From contig JBBSYC010000003.1 in the NCBI GenBank assembly GCA_038045445.1, positions 1 to 61,596 of the forward strand: a DNA stretch of 61,596 bases. The letters are read 5' to 3'. The first letter of the stretch is position 1. Every line of letters begins with the position of its first letter. This DNA is from Nanobdellota archaeon (lineage in GTDB: Archaea > Nanobdellota > Nanobdellia > Pacearchaeales > GW2011-AR1). The notes under the pieces are model-generated. The model did no database searches, was not told the origin of the DNA, and saw nothing but the letters and a program-made list of their open reading frames with translations. Shown in pieces: positions 27,207 to 35,500 of the stretch. A program made the translations under genes and the position numbers.

Positions 27207-27803
27207 TTACTTACTAATATTTCCAACACCACCAGACATTTTGTCCTTAAGCGCATGATATTCTCTCACATTTCCAAGTTTATAATATAATTCTAACAAT
27301 TTGTTTTGCACTTCTATTTTTTCATCAGGGTTTAAATCAAGAGAAAGAATCTTTTGATACATCTCTTTAGCATTATTCCTTCTATCATTCTTCAAATAAT
27401 TTTGTGCTTGAAAAATATAAAATTTTTTATATAACTGTTTCATCTCCCACTTTTCCTGATCATTGCCTAAAGCAAGAGCCTGCACAAATAATCTTTCCGC
27501 CTCTCCAAAATCATGACCTCTAACATTAAATTCAACAGCCTTCATGAACTGACCAATCTTCTCTTTAAACGTTGTAGTAATGTCTGCAGCTGCCCTTACA
27601 GTTTTTGCAGCGTCAAGAAACATCCCTTTTTGTTCATATATCTTAGATAGTTCAAGAAGAACAAATTTGCGAGTGTCAAAATCAAGTTGAGATTTAGTAG
27701 CCCTCTGCAAATAAGACATCTTAACATACTCCCCCATTGTTTTTATTTTAGCATCTATCTCTGCTCTAGTTCTTTCAACAATAGGTTTATCCACAACGTG
27801 CAT
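27207..27803 (-). CDS. hypothetical helical-repeat (TPR-like) protein
   Basis: 198 aa. It looks all-helical with repeated hydrophobic/Ala/Tyr spacing. No catalytic motif. Confidence 0.55.
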   Translation of the reverse strand: MHVVDKPIVERTRAEIDAKIKTMGEYVKMSYLQRATKSQLDFDTRKFVLLELSKIYEQKGMFLDAAKTVRAAADITTTFKEKIGQFMKAVEFNVRGHDFGEAERLFVQALALGNDQEKWEMKQLYKKFYIFQAQNYLKNDRRNNAKEMYQKILSLDLNPDEKIEVQNKLLELYYKLGNVREYHALKDKMSGGVGNISK

Positions 27804-27825
27804 CTTATAAAAGAAAGATATCTCT

Positions 27826-28392
27826 TTATAATGATTGTTGTTGTGAGAACAAATCTTTGTTTAATAAGTGAATAATAGCATTACGAACAGCCTCTGTAAG
27901 ATATTGCTCTCTATTTAAAATTCCGTTACTCAACAAATCAATTACCCCTCTACCATAACCTATTCTTTCCTCATTAGTAAGTCCTTCCCTTCTCCATGCC
28001 TCGTCTAGTTGAATTCCTTCACCTCGTATTCTTCTAGATACTCTTCTTGGAATCATAAATCCAGAAGTCTGTCCAACATAAAGATTTCTTCCATCAAAAA
28101 TAACACATGCTCCTAGATTCATCCTAGGAAGGTTTTCTCTTGGCAAAGGCACCGATTCTAATCCACATTCTAAACCAATACCCTAGTCACAACCTACAAA
28201 TGCATTTCTTGCTCTAAATAACGCACCAGCATATATCTCTCCCATTTCAATGGGTTGTTCGGGTATTCTACTTGGAGGTACAGGAACTTCAACTCCTCTA
28301 ACTTCAGCACCTTTAAAAAAATCAAACAAAGACAAACCAGATTTAACAGCCCCAATCTTAACAGGATTCTTAGACCCAACATTTACAATCAT
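27826..28392 (-). pseudogene. DUF84/YjjX-type non-canonical purine NTP phosphatase interrupted by a single in-frame TAG
   Basis: ORFs 28183-28392 and 27826-28152 are in the same frame. Only one TAG (28180-28182) separates them: ...NAFVGCD*GIGLECGLESVPLPREN.... The joined product looks like a full-length DUF84 NTPase (GSKNPVKIGAV, PEQP, G.G.E.G). Confidence 0.7.
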
Positions 28393-28485
28393 GTTGAGAT
28401 TTTATATCAAAGATATAAAAAGATTATTATCAAAAAATTTTTGAGTTCACCCAGTATTTTAGTGTAGGTTTTGTTTTAAATTTTT

Positions 28486-28525
28486 GGATGTTCAAAGTTG
28501 CATTATGTATCAGCAACTTTGACAT
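28486..28525. repeat. conserved extragenic hairpin, copy B
   Basis: GGATGTTCAAAGTTGC-ATTATGTATCA-GCAACTTTGACAT. The basal stem matches copies A and C, with a different apical part. Confidence 0.65.
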
Positions 28526-28529
28526 AATG

Positions 28530-28636
28530 TAATATTCAAAGACAACCAGAGGTGATTGTTTCATAATAGGTTCGAAATAACAAAAGTTTTTTCGCTATAA
28601 AATAATCTTAAAACCACACCTCTGAATTGAATATTA
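28530..28636. repeat. 107-nt imperfect palindromic element (MITE-like or structured RNA)
   Basis: Arm pairs are TAATATTCAA (28530-39) with TTGAATATTA (28627-36), and CAGAGGTG (28547-54) with CACCTCTG (28617-24). They enclose 62 nt. Confidence 0.4.
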
Positions 28637-28827
28637 TAAATATCCTAGGTTGAACTTATATATAAACCTATGCGTCTTCTATTCCGCTTCCATTAATCTA
28701 AAAAAGTAAAATATCCCTACGGTCAAAAGTGAATAAGTGATGAATCTTACAGTTTGTTGGGGTATTAGAGAGACTATGCCTTCAATGAATGATTCAGTTT
28801 TCATATTGTTTAGAACTATTTTTAGAA

Positions 28828-30105
28828 TTACTTCTTAGATGTAATCTCTAGGCAAACACCTGCAGCAACGGTTGCTCCAGCGTCTCTAACTGCAAATCTT
28901 GACATGTTTGGATTTGTTGCTTGAGTTTCCAAAACAAGGTTACCAATAGGTCTTATTCTAACCTTAGCAAGATCTCCGTTCTTCAAGAAATCAGGATTTG
29001 AAGCTTTTGTACCATCAGGAGATTGCTTCTCAATCAATTCAACAAATTGACATGGCACTTGAGCTGTATGTATGTGAAATACTGGAGTATAACCCTTAGC
29101 AATAACAGTTGGATGTGAGATTATAGCAACTTGAGCAATAAATTCCTGAACAATTGAAGCTGGCTGAGAAGCATCACAAACTACATCTCCGCGAGCGATA
29201 TCTTTCTTTCCAACTCCACGAATGTTAATTCCAACATTATCTCCTGCCTCAGCTTGAGGCATCTGTTCATGATGCATTTCTATAGTTTTAACCTCTCCAT
29301 TTATTCCCGTTCCAGATCTTCCGGGCAAGATAACTACTTTTTGACCAACTTTCATAACTCCAGTTTCAATCTTCCCTACAGGAACAGTCCCGATACCAGT
29401 AATTTCATAAACATCCTGTAACGGCATTCTCAAGGGCAAAGAAGTAGGTTTATTAGGTGGCTCAAATAAGTCAAGTTGCTCGCGAACAGTAGGACCCTTA
29501 TACCAAGGCATATTATTAGACTTGTTAACTACATTATCTCCAAGGTAACCAGCAGCAGGTATAAATGCCATAGTATCGGTCTTATATCCGGCCTGTTTTA
29601 ATATAACTGAAACATCTGCAACAACTTTCTTGTAAGCATCTTCCTTCCACTGAACAGTATCCATCTTATTTACAAGAACAGCTATCTGCTTAACTCCCAT
29701 TGTTCTCAAAAGCCATGCATGTTCCTTTGTTTGTGGTTGAACTCCTTCAGCAGCTGCAACGGTCAAAAATGCAGCATCGGATTGTGAAGCACCAGTAATC
29801 ATGTTCTTGATAAAGTCCTTGTGTCCGGGAGCATCAATTATTGTAACTTCATATTTATTTGTAATTAATTTCTGATAAGACAAATCTATAGTAACTCCAC
29901 GCTCTCTTTCTTCCTTAAACTTATCCATAATGTAAGCAAACTCAAAACCTGCCTTACCATGTTCCTTAGCAATAACCTTAAGCTTGTCAAGTTCCTGCTG
30001 AGGAATAGCTCCAGCATCAAACATCAATCTACCAATAGTAGTACTCTTACCATGGTCTACGTGACCTACAAATGCAATATTTATTGTTGGTTTTGTCTTT
30101 GCCAT
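28828..30105 (-). CDS. tuf: translation elongation factor EF-1 alpha
   Basis: G-domain motifs GHVDHGKST, DAPGH and NKMD, plus domains II and III. Start placed at ATG 30103-30105 (MAKTKPTINIAFVGHVDHGKS). The 23 upstream codons of the ORF look non-coding. Confidence 0.95.
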   Translation of the reverse strand: MAKTKPTINIAFVGHVDHGKSTTIGRLMFDAGAIPQQELDKLKVIAKEHGKAGFEFAYIMDKFKEERERGVTIDLSYQKLITNKYEVTIIDAPGHKDFIKNMITGASQSDAAFLTVAAAEGVQPQTKEHAWLLRTMGVKQIAVLVNKMDTVQWKEDAYKKVVADVSVILKQAGYKTDTMAFIPAAGYLGDNVVNKSNNMPWYKGPTVREQLDLFEPPNKPTSLPLRMPLQDVYEITGIGTVPVGKIETGVMKVGQKVVILPGRSGTGINGEVKTIEMHHEQMPQAEAGDNVGINIRGVGKKDIARGDVVCDASQPASIVQEFIAQVAIISHPTVIAKGYTPVFHIHTAQVPCQFVELIEKQSPDGTKASNPDFLKNGDLAKVRIRPIGNLVLETQATNPNMSRFAVRDAGATVAAGVCLEITSKK

Positions 30106-30291
30106 TTTAATCGTTAAGTAAACACTTTTATTTTTGAGGGTATTTAAACTTTGCGCTTTAATTCTTTTTTGCAAAGTTTAAGTTAGAAAATCTTTAATTT
30201 TCTTTATATAAATGTTTTCTTTTTAAAAAATAATTTAAACTACAAAATAAAATTGCAAAATATATTTAAACAACTCTCTTCAATAAAAATA

Positions 30292-30471
30292 ATGGAAAAA
30301 GATCAAGAGATGATTGTAGAACAAGGAGACTACAGTCTAATTGCTAACACTGACAAGGATTTTAAAATAACTCACTTAGTCTTAAAGGCGAGTAATGGTT
30401 CCAAAAGGGTTTGGAAAATCAAAGAACTAAGTGAAAAAGAAGTATCCTTTGATATAGAAAAATTTTCATAA
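30292..30471 (+). CDS. hypothetical small protein
   Basis: 59 aa from the first ATG (MEKDQEMIVEQGDY...). No motifs. Confidence 0.35.
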   Translation: MEKDQEMIVEQGDYSLIANTDKDFKITHLVLKASNGSKRVWKIKELSEKEVSFDIEKFS

Positions 30472-30474
30472 ATT

Positions 30475-30684
30475 CTAGCAATACTTACTAAAACTATGAT
30501 TTCCAGCGTGAATATTTGTCTTCTCAACAACCCTCTTACTATCTAAAACCTTGACTTTTATTTTTGAAATCTCTTCTCTTAAGAAGTTCTCAACTCTCTT
30601 ACTCATACTTATGCCATTCTTCTTACAATAAGCAGAAAACTGTTTATACACATCTTCATCAATGTTAAATGTCCTAATTCCCAT
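30475..30684 (-). CDS. ribbon-helix-helix (CopG-like) small DNA-binding protein
   Basis: 69 aa. The N-terminal strand plus two helices (IRTFNIDEDVYKQFSAYCKKNGISMSKRVENFLREEI) fit the RHH pattern. Confidence 0.5.
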   Translation of the reverse strand: MGIRTFNIDEDVYKQFSAYCKKNGISMSKRVENFLREEISKIKVKVLDSKRVVEKTNIHAGNHSFSKYC

Positions 30685-30800
30685 CTTTTTAATAATTATA
30701 TAATGTTATTTAATCTTAATAAATCTATCTTTCACGAGAAAAACAGGAAAAATCCAAGAGATAATAGATAAATAAAGTTATATAAGATTATATAAGAAAA

Positions 30801-30842
30801 TGCGGGAGGGAGGATTACTTCAAAATATACTTGTTTTGAAGT
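30801..30842 (-). repeat. partial copy of tRNA-Leu 3' end (16 nt) abutting a 9-bp hairpin
   Basis: TGCGGGAGGGAGGATT (30801-30816) is identical to the plus-strand sequence of the tRNA-Leu 3' end. It is directly followed by ACTTCAAAA-8 nt-TTTTGAAGT (30817-30842). Confidence 0.7.
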
Positions 30843-30892
30843 CCCAGAAGTGACTTGTTCGCTTCTGAGCGTTCGAATCCGACAAAAATAGA

Positions 30893-30942
30893 TGCGGGAG
30901 GGAGGATTCGAACACTTCAATTTGTCCAGTTAAAATTGAAGT
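30893..30942 (-). repeat. partial copy of tRNA-Leu 3' end (21 nt) abutting a 10-bp hairpin
   Basis: TGCGGGAGGGAGGATTCGAAC (30893-30913) is identical to the tRNA-Leu 3' end including half the T-loop. It is directly followed by ACTTCAATTT-9 nt-AAATTGAAGT (30914-30942). Confidence 0.7.
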
Positions 30943-31005
30943 CACCGATAACATCAGTTAGCGTGTGCTTTCAACTCGTCAGAGTTGTAAAGGTGAGAAT
31001 CTAAA

Positions 31006-31133
31006 TGCGGGAGGGAGGATTCGAACCTCCGAAGGCACTAAGCCGCGAGATGACTTACATCTCGTTTGCTATTCCTTCTCGTGAAGGAGTGACATCTTAA
31101 GTCTCGTGCATTTGACCGCTTTGCTACCCCCGC
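31006..31133 (-). tRNA. tRNA-Leu (anticodon UAA), class II, with a ~44-nt intron at 37/38
   Basis: Hand-folded on the minus strand. Acceptor is GCGGGGG/CTCCCGC. Anticodon stem CGAGA/TCTCG is split by an insertion after CTTAAG. A central helix CUUA/UAAG flanked by 3-nt bulges (AGA, UCA) gives a BHB-like motif. It also has a long variable arm and T arm GGAGG-TTCGAAT-CCTCC. Confidence 0.85.
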
Positions 31134-31178
31134 AATACAAATATAAAGTAAAATCGCTTTAAAATGTTTCTATACTCC

Positions 31179-31607
31179 TCAAGCAAAAACAATACTCAAC
31201 AAACCAGCAAGACCAAGAGTCACAAGCCAGTAAAGACCATTAAAAGCAAAGAGACTCCAAGACTTCCCTTCCCACAAGACGCTTCCTAAAAGAGTAGTAC
31301 AAACAAAAAAGCCCAACCATATCCAGAAACCCAAGACAATTCCTTGCATTGCAGAAGTAATTCCAAGCAAAGAAACAAAGCCAAAAATAATATAAACCAT
31401 AATAAAAGTACCTATGAAATTAAGAACCATAGATTTCCACATACCCTTCATTCCCTTTTTCTTAGCCTTAGCAACTTCAACAGCAGGAATCTTAGATAAC
31501 TTTATCCAAGTACGCCCAAAAAAAGGACCATACCATAAAAACCCAACAAAAAACAGAATAATTGCAGTCAGAAGAACATCACCCAAACTTACAAAACCAC
31601 CAAACAT
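31179..31607 (-). CDS. DUF1761-like membrane protein
   Basis: 142 aa with four helices. The N-terminal FFVGFLWYGPFFGRTWIKL segment is typical of DUF1761. Confidence 0.6.
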   Translation of the reverse strand: MFGGFVSLGDVLLTAIILFFVGFLWYGPFFGRTWIKLSKIPAVEVAKAKKKGMKGMWKSMVLNFIGTFIMVYIIFGFVSLLGITSAMQGIVLGFWIWLGFFVCTTLLGSVLWEGKSWSLFAFNGLYWLVTLGLAGLLSIVFA

Positions 31608-31747
31608 AACTTACAAAATATATATTCCTTTATATACTTTTCTTTTTGCAAACCGTGTTTTTTTAAGAATCAGACATATTGTTGACAAACCTATTACCTA
31701 GAGAACAAGAACAGGGATTGATTCTGTAATTTAAAGAACACTCTTTT

Positions 31748-31785
31748 GGATGTTCAAAGTATTCTATCAAGACACACTTTGACAT
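31748..31785. repeat. conserved extragenic hairpin, copy C
   Basis: GGATGTTCAAAGTATTCTATCAAGACACACTTTGACAT matches copy A at 37 of 38 positions. A 10-bp hairpin follows (GAAAGACATA...TATGTCTTTC). Confidence 0.7.
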
Positions 31786-31933
31786 TAATAGAAAGACATA
31801 CAAATTTATTCAATAGATTATGTCTTTCACTATAGATTTAACATTCCAGCATAACAGAAGTTGTAAAGTGAAAGGGAGGATATAATTTTTGCAGAGCAAA
31901 TAGTTTTTTATATCTGTAAAGTTTTATCAACTT

Positions 31934-32419
31934 ATGGGGGTTAGAAAAGCAAAAAAAGAGGATATTGAAGATATAAATAAACTTGATAGAGAATCTACAA
32001 AATATCATAAAAAATTTGATAAGGATTTTTATTCAATTTCAGAAAAATGGTGGAAAATGAAAAGAGAGTCTCAAATAAAAGCAATAAAAAGTTCAACAAA
32101 TTTAATTCTTGTTGTAGAAATAGATGGAAAAGTAGTTGGTTATATTTGGGGTTTTGTAGAAACAATTATGAAATATAGAATCGGCAAGATACAAGAATTA
32201 ATCATAACATCAAAGCAAAGAGGAAAGGGTATTGGAACAAAATTAATCAAACAAATGTTGGACTTTTTTAAAGATAAGAAATGCATTATCTCTGAAATTG
32301 AAGTTTTTGTAGATAATATTCCCGCTATTCAAGTTTATGAGAAAGCAGGATTCAAAAAAAGAGAATATAAGATGCAATTAAAGTTGAATAAAACTAAAAG
32401 ATATAGACCATTCTTGTAG
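31934..32419 (+). CDS. GNAT family N-acetyltransferase
   Basis: 161 aa with the acetyl-CoA binding motif QRGKGIGTKLIKQM. Confidence 0.8.
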   Translation: MGVRKAKKEDIEDINKLDRESTKYHKKFDKDFYSISEKWWKMKRESQIKAIKSSTNLILVVEIDGKVVGYIWGFVETIMKYRIGKIQELIITSKQRGKGIGTKLIKQMLDFFKDKKCIISEIEVFVDNIPAIQVYEKAGFKKREYKMQLKLNKTKRYRPFL

Positions 32420-32578
32420 CGGAAACCCCTCATAAATTTGTAGAATTGTGGAAGTTCCACCAATAAATAAGAGAGATTATCAGGTTATTTGGGAAAATTG
32501 GGGGTGAACGACTTTGCGCGAAATTTATATTTAGAGAAACACCATAAGAACAATATCAAATAATCTTAAATTTTTTGA

Positions 32579-35500
32579 TTACGATTTGTCTAATGCAATT
32601 TTGCTCATTTGAACATATCTTCTGTGAATTCTTAAATGCTTTAATATTAATATTAAAGATATTGCTATTCCCATCATCAACGTCGATAAAATTATCCAGA
32701 AAATAAATCTTATATCCTTGTTAACTTTACTTGAAACTTCTTTATTAATTTTATCAATCTCTCCATTATCTGAATATCCTTCTAACTGACTCGAATCCAA
32801 CTCGACATTATCGTCTACATTAAAACATCCTTTATCTGCAGAGTAATCTATCAATCCGTCTCCATCATTGTCAAGACCATCACTGCATTGAGTAACAACA
32901 CGATTAATCACTGGTCCAGAACTTGTTCTTCCACCACCGCCCGAGCCACCGCTAGAACCTCCACCAGTACCTTGACATGAACCACAATCAGCGGAACACG
33001 AAGAGCATGATTCTGCAATGGAGCAAATAGAGTCTCCGCAAGAACCTTGTGAAACAGAGTAGCTAGAGAACCCAGAAACATTTGCAACAACATCTCCAAA
33101 TATTGTATCAAAAGAAAGAATATAACATTTACTTGAATCACAAATAACTCCATCTTTATACAAAACCGGATTAGTAAGTCCAGTGTCAAAGAAAGTTACT
33201 TCAGCAGAAACATTGAAAATAGGTCTTTTAGTGGAATTTATAAAAATCAAGTTTTTTGTAATATTAATTGCCCACTCACCGAAACCTATTGGAAGTTCAT
33301 GTGCAACAAGAGGACCAGTATTATTTCTCCATAATACATTTATCGGTCTGTTAAATGTAATTGCAGATTTTCCGATAATTCCTATCCTCAAGTTTTCAAC
33401 ATTAAACAAGTCAGGAACATTTGAAAAGTCAGTTGTAAGAGAAGTGCTCATTGGATAAATTGGTGGAATAGGGCAACCATTAAATCTGTTGATTCCATAA
33501 GTAGTCACCGCATAAGACGGAGTATTGGAACATCTATCTATTGTGTCAGGAACTCCATCCCCATCGCTATCCACAGCACTTCCTTGAGTAACTGTCAAAG
33601 GCAAAGAATTGCTTGTTCCAATTATAGCTCCTGAATTAAGAGTAACTGCCGACAAACTGTAAGTTCCAACAGAAATTGAACCTGGAACAGTTAAATTTAT
33701 TCTCTGGTCACTAACACAATTAACTGTATAATTCAAAGAGCTTGCCAAGTTACCATTAACATTCACATCACAAGAAGCTGTTGAAAACCCTGTTCCTATA
33801 AGCTGAACAGTTTGAGAAACTCCATTTTGAATATAATTTGGGTTCAAAGATGTTAATACTAAATTTTGACTGACTCCTAAATTATAATTCGCCTGCTTTA
33901 AGGTGTTGTTTAACAAACTTCTTCCCGTGACTGAAAGAGAATATGATTGTGCAGGAGTCGTAGAAGAAGTTTGGAGAACCATATTTGAGGTACAAGATTG
34001 GGTCAATGTCGGAGTGCAACTAGCTGGAGTAAACTGCGCAGTTACTCCTAGGGGTAAACTTGGCGCTGTGAAAACGACCCCTTCAGGAATTCCGCTCAAT
34101 GAAGTAACTGTTAGAATGTAAGGTTGAGTTGTCTGCCCTTGCTGCACAGTTTGTGTTGTAGGAGTAATGAAAAGACTGTAATCAAATGGTGAGGACCCTG
34201 AAGATATACGTGGTAAAATAAGCCATTTTGGATTTTCATTTTGTTTTTGGAGAGCCAAAGGATTATTTGGTGCTGTAAGAATAAGTTGATTTGCTAAATT
34301 CCATGCTTCTGTTCCTCCAGGTTTATCAGTAATCATTGAAAGTCCCGGAATAATTATATAAGCATAACCATGAATTGTATCTCCAAGACTGTTACTTTCA
34401 AAATAATTCCTTGCGTAACGTGAATCTTGCGGATTATAATACCAAGATTTGAAGCCGTTTTTGACTTCCCCCCAAGTAGTATGCCATGTGCCATACCATT
34501 GTCCTGAAACTTGTTTCGCAGTCGGAGTCATATAGGCGATAGTCAGATAAGGATCATAGGAAGGATTTGTTAACTGACCTATAAGGTAAGGTGCTAGCCA
34601 TGTGAGTAAAGCGTCTGTTGCAAATCCAAGCTCCTTTCCACGTCCAAGAGCATAAAGAAGCATGTTTTCTTCCCATGTGGCAGACACCGATGTTGTAATG
34701 GTTTCATTAATAGGATTTGTTGGACCAGGTAGGAGTAGATTATTGAAGGACGCCCAATGATGTAATGGAGGTATTCCAAGATTATGAGTTTCTGGATATG
34801 GTCCATTTTGAATCCATCTTCCCTTTCCAAAGGTGTTTGCCCAATCCCATACTCTAGTATTATCTGGATAATTTGCGCAAGTAGAACAAGGAATATCTCT
34901 TTGACCTTCCCACCTGGCAATTGCATCATTAGCTAATGTAGTGAAATATGTTTTCTCTGTATCTGTATCTGGAGCCAAAAATGCTGTTTGCGTTCTGAAT
35001 CTGAAAACCCATGCCTCTCCTCTTACTTGATCTTGGATTCCTCCAAATTCTCCCGAAGGTCCGCGGAAATAATTAAGCCTTAGTTCATTTGCATTTCCGG
35101 CTGCAAATTTAGCAGCACTCCATGAAGACCAAAAATACATTTGTTCCAGATACCAGTAATCTCCTGTTAAAGTATAGAGCACTGAATAAGGGTCTGGTAG
35201 ATGTGCTCCATCTGGAACCCAAGATGAAGTTGCAGGTCCTACATAAGTAACTGCGTCAGAACCTTCTCCATTCAAAAGTCTGCCTTGTACATTAGGTCTT
35301 GCAGTAATAGATATAACTTTTCCTAAAGCAGAAACTGCAGTTGAGCCTCGTAAGAAATATGTTCCTTGTCGAGCCTCTCTAAACTGCACTGGCCATGCGC
35401 CTGCTAAGTCTGCTAATCCTGATGCAATTTCTTTAGAACGATAATCTCCAGTATAAAGCCATCGAACAACCCAGTCAGTATAGGGTCCAATATCTCGACG

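Noticed and set aside
28180-28182. In-frame TAG as evidence for pyrrolysine or a reassigned stop codon.
   Set aside because: TAG terminates other well-supported genes in the window, for example at 15296-15298 and 49732-49734. No Pyl-related genes are visible. A nonsense mutation or sequencing error is more parsimonious.
30732-30920. 62-aa ORF on the minus strand.
   Set aside because: It is made up of the duplicated tRNA-Leu 3' fragments and their hairpins, so it is almost certainly non-coding.
30801-31005. Two additional complete tRNA genes downstream of tRNA-Leu.
   Set aside because: Neither segment contains a 5' acceptor strand complementary to CTCCCGC or a credible anticodon arm. Only the 3' terminal 16-21 nt are tRNA-identical. 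The split-tRNA idea is kept as a minority hypothesis in the findings.
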